Shown here: piece after piece, positions 20,996 to 30,008 of the stretch
Layout of the letters: each line of letters starts with the position of its first letter
Position numbering within the stretch: the stretch's first letter is position 1
Translations under genes and position numbers: made by a program
The notes under the pieces: model-generated
What the model was told of the DNA's origin: nothing
Database searches by the model: none
Seen by the model: only the letters and a program-made list of their open reading frames with translations
NCBI GenBank assembly: GCA_043806135.1
Contig: JAZDHG010000031.1
Span: forward strand, 1,110 to 65,109
Source: Candidatus Omnitrophota bacterium
Lineage (GTDB): Bacteria; Omnitrophota; Gorgyraeia; B26-G9
Direction of reading: 5' to 3'
Length of the DNA: 64,000 nucleotides

Positions 20996-21604
20996 GTGTG
21001 GGAGATAGAACAGGGGATTCTTGATAAAGGAATTAATATTATTGCCGGTGTTGATGAAGCCGGCCGCGGACCTTGGGCAGGTCCTGTAGTAGCAGCTGCG
21101 GTAATTATCCCTGCAGGATATGCTTTTAAAGAAAAGATTGCGGATTCTAAGAAACTGTCTTTACTTAAACGAGAAAAAGCTTTTAAGGAAATAACGGAAA
21201 ACTGCGATTATGCAATTGCGGTTGTAAGCGAAAAAGATATCGATAGAGAAAATATTTTAAGAGCCAGCCTTAAGGCCATGGCCATGGCCTTAAGCCGGCT
21301 AAAACAGTGCCCGCAATGGGTATTAGTCGATGGGCCTTATAAACCACCGATTGAAAATAATTGTACCCCAATCATTGATGGTGATGCCAAAAGCCTTTCT
21401 ATAGCCAGTGCGTCAATTGTAGCTAAAGTCACCAGAGATAACCTGATGCTTGAATATGATAAGCAGTACCCTGTGTACGGGTTTGCCAGCCATAAAGGAT
21501 ACGGGACAAAAGCCCACAGACAGGCAATTTTACAGTTTGGACCGTGTCCGATTCACCGTAAATCATTCCAGCCGATTAAAGGAATCCTTCAAAAATCCGC
21601 ATAA
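20996..21604 (+). CDS. rnhB: Ribonuclease HII
   Basis: GVDEAGRGP, DSKKL, ASIVAKVTRD, HKGYGT, HRKSF. Confidence 0.97.
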   Translation: MWEIEQGILDKGINIIAGVDEAGRGPWAGPVVAAAVIIPAGYAFKEKIADSKKLSLLKREKAFKEITENCDYAIAVVSEKDIDRENILRASLKAMAMALSRLKQCPQWVLVDGPYKPPIENNCTPIIDGDAKSLSIASASIVAKVTRDNLMLEYDKQYPVYGFASHKGYGTKAHRQAILQFGPCPIHRKSFQPIKGILQKSA

Positions 21605-21767
21605 TCTTCTATGAAATCTAAAATATTCACGAATTAGCTTATAACATGTTGTATATAAATATGTTATGAGTTTGCATAATATTTAAAAGCATGGTATACT
21701 TTAAAACTTTAAATGATTCGAAAATAGGCAATTTTTGTAAATAAAACTGGAAGATTTTTAAAAGAAA

Positions 21768-24650
21768 ATGAAAAAAAAATTTAAAACCGCACATTTTTTT
21801 AAAATTATTGCCCTGGTGATTTTTTGGGGGTGTATTTCAGTGCAGACTTCTCTAGCGCAGGGAAAAATCTTTGATAGCCAAAACCTGTCGCCAACTGTTA
21901 ATTTTGATGCACAGTCTTTTCTGGAGACATATAGACAAACTTATTCCAGTGTTGATATAGATTTGCAATACGCTTCAGTAAGTGCTGAGGCTGTACAAAA
22001 AACAAGGCAGGAATTTCTTGAAAAAGAAATAAGAACTAACCTTGAGAAAAATCCCAAATACTCGCAAAAAGACAAGAATCTCTTTGAGAAAGTCCTGGAA
22101 ATAATTAAAAAAGAATATGCGGACAAGAAGTTTCCTAGCCCCTCTAATGAATTTTATTTACATCATACTTTGGAAGCTGCTTATCACTTAAGTGAGTGGG
22201 GTGCGCCTGTTGAAGCAATTGCCGCCGCAGCAATGCATCGGCTTAATGAACATCAAGTAAGCGAATTGTTTAAGAATGAGCCGAGTAGAAAAGAATTTGC
22301 GGAGATTTCCACTCTTATGCATAAATTTCTTTTTATAACAGATTTTTATTATGCAACCATGCCTTTTGAAGGGGGAGCTCATGATATACAGAATTTTATG
22401 AATGCAATAATCCAGGTTTCTGCCAAAGACAGGGCTAAGGGTGAGGTTGAACCGGATTACCGCATAATGCTGCTTGTCTTTGCCGATAAACTTGCCTCGA
22501 TAAGTTTTGCCTCAGAAATGGACCGTAATGAACTGATAAAAGAAATTGAAGAGATGTATGCTCCGCTGGCGGAACGTTTGGGATATTATGAGATACGAAA
22601 ACAGCTGCTCAATGAATCTTTTCGGCTTTCCCGTAACGCTGAATATAATCATATCAGAAAAATATTTAAAGATTATTTTGGGAAAGAATATGAAGATATG
22701 CAGGATTATTTAAGTGAAATCGAGAGGATGATAAAAAACAAAATAATTGAAAACTACGGAGAGGTGGACAGCGCAACCTTAAAGGTCAGCGCTCGTGTAA
22801 AGGGATTGTATGAAATTGCCGAAAAATTGATAAAAGTCGGATCTATCGAAAATATGTCTGATATTTTAGGGATACGTATTGTCTGTGACTGTAAGCCGGA
22901 AATGCTTTATCAATATTCTGATTTAGTCAGAGAAAATCTGGGGAGATGGTTTGAAAAAGAGTATGATCAGCGTAAAAATGAAATGCCTACAAAACGTCCT
23001 CAGGGTGCGATATATATTGATCTAAAAAAAGAAGAGACGACAGACGCACTTACCTATGAAGTGCAGATTCTGACAAAACAGTTTCATGAAGGGCGAGAAC
23101 GTTCAAGAGCGCATTGGTCTTATAAATTGTCGAAAAAAACAGGCCAGAAATTTGACCAGACCGAGATGTATGCTCCTACAGGAGACCTTGAGAGTGATTT
23201 CAACCGAGTTTTTTACGAACTTTCAGATTGGGTTTTTGTTTTTGTTCAATCAAAAGGAAAAGGCGGTAGAATGTTTCTGCGCACAAAAAGACTTCCAAAA
23301 GGCGCTATAGTTGCAGACATTGCTGCTTTGCCTAACGTAGATTTGCTCAATACCGATTTTAGCGGAGCTAAACTCTATGACTGGCAGAAGAGCGTATTTT
23401 ATGAGCGCAGCTTACCCGGCGGTTCCTTACCATCAATAGATTATGTTTTACAGTCAGGAGATATTTTGGTTATAGAAAACAACGGACAAATTAAAAGCCC
23501 TCATTTACTGCGTCTTCGAGAAAAAGCAAAGACTTTAAGGGCGCAGATGATGATCAATCTAATGGAACTTGAAAAAGAACTTCCATCAAGCAGCCGTGAG
23601 AAATTCGTTTTTTCCGGTGAGACAAGCCTAAAACATAAACTAGAAGAAGCTGGTATTGCCTTTGAAAGGAACAGGGCTGTTCAGGCTTTCCTGGATTCAT
23701 TTGCGCATGCACAGGGGCTGCGTGACAGGGAAGAATTATATGTAGCTTTGACATACTGTTCTTGGAAAATGAGTATTAGTAAAATTATTGAAGAGGCTAA
23801 GCTTCAGGGGGAATCCTTACTTAAGAAAAAATTTCTTGAACAAGAAACGGATCTTGACGATTTTGTCCTCGGACAGATCGCACGAGGATTCGGAATTGAT
23901 TCCCGGGATATTTTTTTCCTGCATGTAGGTACCGGGCAGATTACAGACCGTGATCTAGAGTTGAAAATGTATAAAATCAATTTCAAGCCCGAGGGAATAT
24001 TAGATGTTCGTTTAAGTAAATTATTTCAATTTACAGTAACTATGCCGCGAGAAAAACTGTCTTCGCAGAAAATAAGAAAATTAGTGGATAATATTGAACA
24101 ATTACTTAATGATCAAGGGCTAAAGGACCCCCAAGAGAGAATAAAACTGCCGAAGCTTAAGCGGAAAAACGATGTCATTAAAATTGTGTTTTCAGCAAAA
24201 ACCAGAAATGAGATTAAAGCAGCCGAATTACAGAGAGATTTAATTAAATTGCTACGGGTCAAGGAAAGTGAAGTTGAGTTTGAAGAGTTTTATAACGGAA
24301 GAAAGCAAGCTAGCCAGTGGGCCATGGTACTGCAGTTTGCTCATTATGGACAGGAGACATCAGAACTTACGCAATATATTATGGATGAAATAAAAAGCTG
24401 GAGTCCGCTAAGTAGCCTGCTTAAATTTGATATTGAAGAAGAAATTACTGAAAATGGCATTAAGATAATTGAGGTGAGTGCAGTCATTGCTACTGATCTT
24501 GAGCACAGTTATATTGCCCAGAAGATAGCTGCACTAAAAAATAGTCATTCGATTAAGACAACAAGCGCGGATACCGTTTATTATCAGGCAGATGTTTTAA
24601 ATGCAATACATGCTACTGATCTTGTTTTGGCCATTGAGTCTTCCATTTAA
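21768..24650 (+). CDS. RelA/SpoT-like protein (HD + synthetase + TGS-like) with an N-terminal signal peptide and degenerate catalytic motifs
   Basis: YAPLAERLG, ARVKGLYEIAEKL, DILGIRIV, EVQILT, AHWSYK, LPKGAIVAD; N-terminus MKKKFK + hydrophobic stretch + SLA|Q. Confidence 0.8.
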   Translation: MKKKFKTAHFFKIIALVIFWGCISVQTSLAQGKIFDSQNLSPTVNFDAQSFLETYRQTYSSVDIDLQYASVSAEAVQKTRQEFLEKEIRTNLEKNPKYSQKDKNLFEKVLEIIKKEYADKKFPSPSNEFYLHHTLEAAYHLSEWGAPVEAIAAAAMHRLNEHQVSELFKNEPSRKEFAEISTLMHKFLFITDFYYATMPFEGGAHDIQNFMNAIIQVSAKDRAKGEVEPDYRIMLLVFADKLASISFASEMDRNELIKEIEEMYAPLAERLGYYEIRKQLLNESFRLSRNAEYNHIRKIFKDYFGKEYEDMQDYLSEIERMIKNKIIENYGEVDSATLKVSARVKGLYEIAEKLIKVGSIENMSDILGIRIVCDCKPEMLYQYSDLVRENLGRWFEKEYDQRKNEMPTKRPQGAIYIDLKKEETTDALTYEVQILTKQFHEGRERSRAHWSYKLSKKTGQKFDQTEMYAPTGDLESDFNRVFYELSDWVFVFVQSKGKGGRMFLRTKRLPKGAIVADIAALPNVDLLNTDFSGAKLYDWQKSVFYERSLPGGSLPSIDYVLQSGDILVIENNGQIKSPHLLRLREKAKTLRAQMMINLMELEKELPSSSREKFVFSGETSLKHKLEEAGIAFERNRAVQAFLDSFAHAQGLRDREELYVALTYCSWKMSISKIIEEAKLQGESLLKKKFLEQETDLDDFVLGQIARGFGIDSRDIFFLHVGTGQITDRDLELKMYKINFKPEGILDVRLSKLFQFTVTMPREKLSSQKIRKLVDNIEQLLNDQGLKDPQERIKLPKLKRKNDVIKIVFSAKTRNEIKAAELQRDLIKLLRVKESEVEFEEFYNGRKQASQWAMVLQFAHYGQETSELTQYIMDEIKSWSPLSSLLKFDIEEEITENGIKIIEVSAVIATDLEHSYIAQKIAALKNSHSIKTTSADTVYYQADVLNAIHATDLVLAIESSI

Positions 24651-24713
24651 TCCTGTTTTACTAATTTTTCAATAAAGTTCACTTTTAAAATTCTATATGT
24701 TATAATGTTACAT

Positions 24714-25106
24714 ATGGAAAATAAAAATAAACAGTGGCCTAAGGAAAAGGCGGAAAAACACCTTAAAATCAGTGCGGCATTGATCATTGTTGGCGGGATT
24801 GCCGGACTGATCATGGCTATTGATGATTTTGTTACTTTAGGTACACGTGTAAGTACATTTATATTGCCCTACGCCTATAATATTACGGCTATTGCGGTAT
24901 CCTTATTTCAGATATCTCTTGGGATTGCCTGGCTTGAAAAAAAATTATGGAGTAGATACGCTGTTTTTGTTGTTATTGCCCTAAGGTTTATGTTCTCTTT
25001 TTATGATAATGCCGAGGCCTGGCAGGCAATAATTTTGTTAATTTACATATTATATGTGATTCCGTTCTCGAAAATAGGCGGATTATTTAAGAAAAAAGCG
25101 TATTGA
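24714..25106 (+). CDS. Hypothetical membrane protein (about 4 TM)
   Basis: Four hydrophobic stretches; start moved to ATG 24714, 7 nt after TATAAT. Confidence 0.65.
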   Translation: MENKNKQWPKEKAEKHLKISAALIIVGGIAGLIMAIDDFVTLGTRVSTFILPYAYNITAIAVSLFQISLGIAWLEKKLWSRYAVFVVIALRFMFSFYDNAEAWQAIILLIYILYVIPFSKIGGLFKKKAY

Positions 25107-25124
25107 AGGGCATAAATGCTTTTC

Positions 25125-25153
25125 TTGACAAATATAAGCGCTTAAGGTACAAT
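25125..25153 (+). promoter_or_regulatory. Sigma70 promoter, likely giving a leaderless mRNA
   Basis: TTGACA-17 bp-TACAAT, with the ATG only 5 nt downstream. Confidence 0.7.
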
Positions 25154-25158
25154 TTTAC

Positions 25159-25713
25159 ATGAATAAAGGAAAAATTAGAGACGAAATTCTTAAGCTCTTA
25201 AAAGAGCAAAGAGAGGAGTTAAGACAGAAAAAGAGTTTTCAGATTAAAAAAAAATTATTTTCACAAACTCTGTTTTTACAGTCAGATACAGTAATGTTTT
25301 ATATAGCAAAAAGAGAAGAAGTAGATACAACAGGTATGATTGAGGATGCGCTTAAATTAGGGAAAAAGGTGGTTGTTCCAATGATTTTGGAAAAAGAAAA
25401 AAAGATAATCCCTTCACAGCTTATAAATCCGAAAAAGGAGCTGGAAAAGGGTCTGTATGGGATCTATCAACCCAAAAAGCAGTTTATGAGAAAAGTATTG
25501 CTTAAAACCATTGATCTAGTTATTGTCCCAGGTGTGGCTTTTGACCGAACAGGAAATCGCTTGGGACGCGGGGGGGGACACTTTGATAGATTCCTGTCAA
25601 AATTCACAAGACGTAATGTGCCGATATTCGGCCTTGCGTTTAAAATCCAAATCTTGAACAAACTTCCTGTCTTGAAACACGATATCCCTGTCAATAAGCT
25701 GATCTTCGCCTAA
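25159..25713 (+). CDS. ygfA: 5-formyltetrahydrofolate cyclo-ligase
   Basis: EVDT, DLVIVPGVAFD, RLGRGGGHFDR. Confidence 0.93.
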   Translation: MNKGKIRDEILKLLKEQREELRQKKSFQIKKKLFSQTLFLQSDTVMFYIAKREEVDTTGMIEDALKLGKKVVVPMILEKEKKIIPSQLINPKKELEKGLYGIYQPKKQFMRKVLLKTIDLVIVPGVAFDRTGNRLGRGGGHFDRFLSKFTRRNVPIFGLAFKIQILNKLPVLKHDIPVNKLIFA

Positions 25714-25798
25714 ATTTTAGGCACAAACTGCTGTCTGCTTCTTACCTTTTGATTAATGTCACGGAGGAAGTGCAACTTAAGGAGGTGGAGATTAGACT

Positions 25799-27358
25799 AT
25801 GAATACTTTAAATATAATAATTGGAGTAACAAGTGCGGTAATCTTTTTTATATTGGGATATTTTTTTAGACTTTTCGGCGCGGCAAAGAAAGTGCAAAGT
25901 GCCGAAGAAAAAGCAAAAATAATCCTGGAGGAAGCAGAACGTCAGGTAATGGCTAAAAAGAAGGAAGCAATCCTGGAAGCCAAAGATCTTCTTTATAAAA
26001 CAAGAATTGAATTTGAAAAAGAATCCCAAGGCAGGCGCCAGGAGTTACTAAACATTGAACGCAGGCTGATCAGCAGAGAGGAAAACCTGGACAGAAAGGT
26101 CGACCTTTTAGAGAAAAAGGAAAGAGAAGTAAGCAATAAGGCAAAGGTTTTAAGCGACAAGGAAAAAGAAAACCAGGAAAGGCAAAATGAGCTTAACCAG
26201 CTGATTTTGGAAGAAAAAGAGCGTCTGCAGAAAGTCTCCGGACTTAGCAGCGAAGAAGCGAAAAAAATACTCCTAAAACATATGGAGGGCGAGATTAGAT
26301 ATGATGCTAATCTCATGATAAAAAGAATTGAGCAGGAAGCAAAGGATGTTGCTGATAAAAAAGCAAAGCAGATCATCAGCTTGGCAATTCAGCGCTGCGC
26401 GGCTGAGCATACCGTAGAATCAACAGTTAGCGTAGTTAGTCTGCCCAGTGATGATATGAAGGGAAGAATTATCGGGCGCGAAGGACGTAATATAAGATCT
26501 CTTGAAGTAGCAACAGGCGTGGATATTATTATTGATGATACTCCTGAGGCAGTAACCCTTTCTGGATTTGATCCGATTAAAAGAGAGATTGCCAGACTCT
26601 CACTGGAGCGTCTTATTGCAAACGGACGGATACACCCGGCCCGTATAGAAGAAGTTGTCGGCAAAATAAAAAAGGAAATGGACCAGAGCATAAAAGAAGA
26701 AGGAGAAAAAGCTTCTTTTGATGTCGGCGTGCAGAGGATACACCCGGCGATAATCAAACTTTTAGGCCGTTTAAAATATAGAACAAGCTATGGCCAGAAT
26801 GTGCTGCAGCACTCTAAAGAAGCGGCATTTATAATGGGATTGCTTGCCGGACAGCTTGAGCTTGATATTACACTGGCAAAAAGAATCGGTTTTTTCCATG
26901 ATCTGGGAAAAGCTGTGGACCATGAGCTGGAGGGAACACATGCGGCGATAGGGGCTGAGCTGGCAAGAAAATACGGCGAGAATCAGACCGTAGTGGATGC
27001 AATTGCGGCGCATCATGATGAAGCTGAGTCTAACTCCATTTATGGAATACTTGTACAAGCAGCTGATGCAATAAGCGCAACAAGACCTGGTGCTCGCCGG
27101 GAAACCCTGGAGATATATATTAAACGCCTTGAAAAACTGGAAGCAATTGCCGATTCATTCAAAGGCGTGGATAAGGCTTTTGCTATACAGGCCGGCCGTG
27201 AGATCAGGGTTATTGTTAATCCGGATAAGGTGGGGGACCAGGAAGCAACGATCCTTGCCAGGGATATTACCAAGAAGATCGAGAATGAACTTGAATACCC
27301 AGGTCAGGTAAAAGTAACAGTGATCCGGGAAAAGCGGATTGTTGAATTCGCAAAATAG
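25799..27358 (+). CDS. rny: Ribonuclease Y
   Basis: N-terminal TM, coiled coil, KH motif [15 protein letters not shown] motif HDLGK, QAGREIR. Confidence 0.98.
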   Translation: MNTLNIIIGVTSAVIFFILGYFFRLFGAAKKVQSAEEKAKIILEEAERQVMAKKKEAILEAKDLLYKTRIEFEKESQGRRQELLNIERRLISREENLDRKVDLLEKKEREVSNKAKVLSDKEKENQERQNELNQLILEEKERLQKVSGLSSEEAKKILLKHMEGEIRYDANLMIKRIEQEAKDVADKKAKQIISLAIQRCAAEHTVESTVSVVSLPSDDMKGRIIGREGRNIRSLEVATGVDIIIDDTPEAVTLSGFDPIKREIARLSLERLIANGRIHPARIEEVVGKIKKEMDQSIKEEGEKASFDVGVQRIHPAIIKLLGRLKYRTSYGQNVLQHSKEAAFIMGLLAGQLELDITLAKRIGFFHDLGKAVDHELEGTHAAIGAELARKYGENQTVVDAIAAHHDEAESNSIYGILVQAADAISATRPGARRETLEIYIKRLEKLEAIADSFKGVDKAFAIQAGREIRVIVNPDKVGDQEATILARDITKKIENELEYPGQVKVTVIREKRIVEFAK

Positions 27359-27411
27359 ATTAGCTGATTTGCTCATGAGCTCATGAGCTGATGAGCTGAG
27401 GTTTTAAGCTT

Positions 27412-28200
27412 ATGAAGATATTAATGATCGGTGACATAGTAGGAGAGCCGGGAAGACGTGCGGTAAGTAAAGGCATTGCTTCTTTAAGGGAGCGCGAGCA
27501 AATAGATTTTGTGATCGCCAATGCGGAAAACTCTGCGGCTGGCTCAGGCATAACCGCTAAAATTTACAATGAACTTATCAGCTGCGGGGTTGATGTGCTT
27601 ACCTCAGGAGATCATGTTTTTAAGAAAAAGGAAATAGTCGAGATATTGAATTTCCACGAAAGATTGATCAGGCCGGCTAATTACCCGGATGAGGTTCCGG
27701 GCAGCGGATACGTTATAGTCCGGGCTTCCAACGGAGAAAAAGTAGGCGTGATCAATGTAAACGGCAGAGTTTTTATGGAGCCGCTGGATTGTCCTTTCCG
27801 TAAAGCGCAAGAGCTTATAAAAAAAATCAAACAGGAAACGCAGATTATAATTGTTGATATCCATGCAGAGGCAACCAGTGAAAAAGTTGCCATGGGATGG
27901 TATCTTAACGGCCAGGTAAGCGCTGTATTGGGAACGCATACCCATGTGCAAACTGCAGATGAGCGCATACTTCCCGAAGCTGACCATACAGCCTACATTA
28001 CGGATGTGGGCATGAGCGGTCCGATTGATTCGGTAATAGGCAGAAAAATTGAGCAGATACTTCCGAGATTCTTAAATCATATTCCAATGAGATTTGAAGT
28101 TGCCGATAAAAATGTGCAGCTGCAGGGAGTCCTTATGGAAGTAGACCCAGTGAGCGGGAAAGCGAAGTCGATTAAAAGAGTTAAGGAGAGCATTACTTAG
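27412..28200 (+). CDS. ymdB: YmdB-like metallophosphoesterase (TIGR00282 family)
   Basis: GDIVG, NAEN, DIHAEATSEK, GTHTHV; follows rny. Confidence 0.93.
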   Translation: MKILMIGDIVGEPGRRAVSKGIASLREREQIDFVIANAENSAAGSGITAKIYNELISCGVDVLTSGDHVFKKKEIVEILNFHERLIRPANYPDEVPGSGYVIVRASNGEKVGVINVNGRVFMEPLDCPFRKAQELIKKIKQETQIIIVDIHAEATSEKVAMGWYLNGQVSAVLGTHTHVQTADERILPEADHTAYITDVGMSGPIDSVIGRKIEQILPRFLNHIPMRFEVADKNVQLQGVLMEVDPVSGKAKSIKRVKESIT

Positions 28201-28329
28201 AGGGACACCCCGGCATATCTAAATGCTTTGCTGATTCTCAAAATATCCCACTTTTTCAAAAACTATTGAAAACTTATCTGTGCACTGTATAATAGTTTAT
28301 GCTATCCTTGTTTAAAAATTTCAAATCAA

Positions 28330-28471
28330 GGGACTGTTGCGAAACACAGTCCTACACAGAATAACACAGATTAAAGACACGAGATTATCACAGATTATCG
28401 ATGAGCATTTTGTGATTATCAATGAAATATCTGCTATTATCTGTGCGTTTTTATTGTTTTGCAACAGAGCC
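28330..28471. mobile_element. MITE-like element with terminal inverted repeats
   Basis: GGGACTGTTGCGAAACA ... TGTTTTGCAACAGAGCC (14/17 complementary), enclosing cacagatta-type repeats. Confidence 0.6.
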
Positions 28472-28539
28472 ATAAAATAACGTATGATGTTATAGAATTT
28501 ATTGATTATTAAACCCTGATTTTAAAAAAGAGGTGAAAA

Positions 28540-29166
28540 ATGTCGGATAAACTGGAAAAGCTTACTAAACAGATATATGAAGAGGGCGTAGGAAAGGCTA
28601 AAGAAGAGGCGGAAAATATTATTAAAGCGGCTGAGGCGGAAAAGAGAAAGATCCTGCGCGCAGCAAGAGTTGAGGCACAGGATATAGCCAATGTCGCCAA
28701 GAAAGATGCGGAGGAGCTTAAAAACAGGGTAGCTTCTGAGGTGCGTATGGCGAGCTCGCAGTCACTGGCCTTGCTAAGGCAGAAAATAACCGAACTTATA
28801 TGTGTAAAAGTATCCGAGTCTTCAGTTAATGGCTTATTCGATGATCCGGATTTTTTGAAAAATATGCTTGAAACTGTTATGAAGGAGTGGATGGCTAGCG
28901 GATGTCAAAGAGGCCAGGCCTTTTATATAACACTTCCCAAGAAGATGCAGGGAGAGATCCAGGATTATTTCCTGGAGAAGGGTAAAAAAGAGCTGGATAA
29001 TAAACTGGAGATCGAATTTGACGAAAAGATCAAAAGCGGCTTTGTGATCAGTCCTAAAGACGGCAGCTATAGGATCGGTTTTACAGAAGAAGATTTTAAG
29101 GCTCTTATAGAATATTTTTTGCGTCCGCATATAAAGAAATTTCTTTTTAAGGATGAAACTAAATAA
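28540..29166 (+). CDS. ntpE: V/A-type ATPase subunit E
   Basis: KLEKLTKQIYEEGV, helical stalk, GFVISPKDGSY; first gene of the operon. Confidence 0.88.
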   Translation: MSDKLEKLTKQIYEEGVGKAKEEAENIIKAAEAEKRKILRAARVEAQDIANVAKKDAEELKNRVASEVRMASSQSLALLRQKITELICVKVSESSVNGLFDDPDFLKNMLETVMKEWMASGCQRGQAFYITLPKKMQGEIQDYFLEKGKKELDNKLEIEFDEKIKSGFVISPKDGSYRIGFTEEDFKALIEYFLRPHIKKFLFKDETK

Positions 29167-29990
29167 TGAGTAGACAGTATTATTATCTTATTGCATCACT
29201 TGGGCAGTTGCGCCTTGATGATTATAAAGAGCCTTACCGCGTGGATGAGTTTGTTTCGGAACTTCATAAAAACCTTACACCTGTTCATAGCGGGTATGTG
29301 CGGGATATACTGCGTATCTATGATAATGCGCACATCGTCGACTGCATGCTGGAAAACCAGAAACCATGGTTATTATGCAAAGGCAACTGGACATTTGATG
29401 AGCTTAAGAAAAAAATGCCTTTTAATGAATACGATACGGATGCTTATATAGCTTGTTTTATGAAAGAGTTTAATAGGCTTAAACAAAATACCCAGAAAAT
29501 TTCAAGAGCTGATATCGAAAAAGTGATTTGGCATATTTTTTACTCTAAAATGGTAAATCATGATAACGCCTTTATCCGCCGTTACTTCTCTTTTGACCTG
29601 GAACTAAAGAATGTTCTGGCAAGTTTTAATAAGCGGAAATTTAGTCTTTCAGAGGATATCCTGATGCGTGTAAGCGATAGTGGAATAATGGACAAATTAA
29701 GTTCTTCAACGGCTAATGACTTTGGATTGTCCAAAGAGCTGGAGTATATCCCGGGATTACTAGATGCTTTTTTAAAGAAAGACAGCGTTAATATCGAAAA
29801 ATTTACAGACCAGCTGCGTTGGGACATGATCGACCAGATAAACTCGCTTGTGTATTTTCAGATCGATGTTTTGCTGGGATATCTTATTAAACTGATGCTT
29901 GTAGAGCGTTGGATTTCTCTTGATGAGGTTACAGGCAAAGAGAGTTTTCAAAAAATCATGGAGATTAAAACAGAAGAAGTATATCAGTAG
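29166..29990 (+). CDS. V/A-type ATPase subunit C-like (DUF2764)
   Basis: QYYYLIASL N-terminus, DQLRW, LGYLIKLMLVERW; lies between E and A. Confidence 0.8.
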   Translation: MSRQYYYLIASLGQLRLDDYKEPYRVDEFVSELHKNLTPVHSGYVRDILRIYDNAHIVDCMLENQKPWLLCKGNWTFDELKKKMPFNEYDTDAYIACFMKEFNRLKQNTQKISRADIEKVIWHIFYSKMVNHDNAFIRRYFSFDLELKNVLASFNKRKFSLSEDILMRVSDSGIMDKLSSSTANDFGLSKELEYIPGLLDAFLKKDSVNIEKFTDQLRWDMIDQINSLVYFQIDVLLGYLIKLMLVERWISLDEVTGKESFQKIMEIKTEEVYQ

Positions 29991-30008
29991 AATATTTGTG
30001 GAGGAACC

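Noticed and set aside
25714-25798. 6S RNA near ygfA-rny
   Set aside because: The gap is only 85 nt, and the ygfA upstream region is a bare promoter with no room for a ~180-nt rod.
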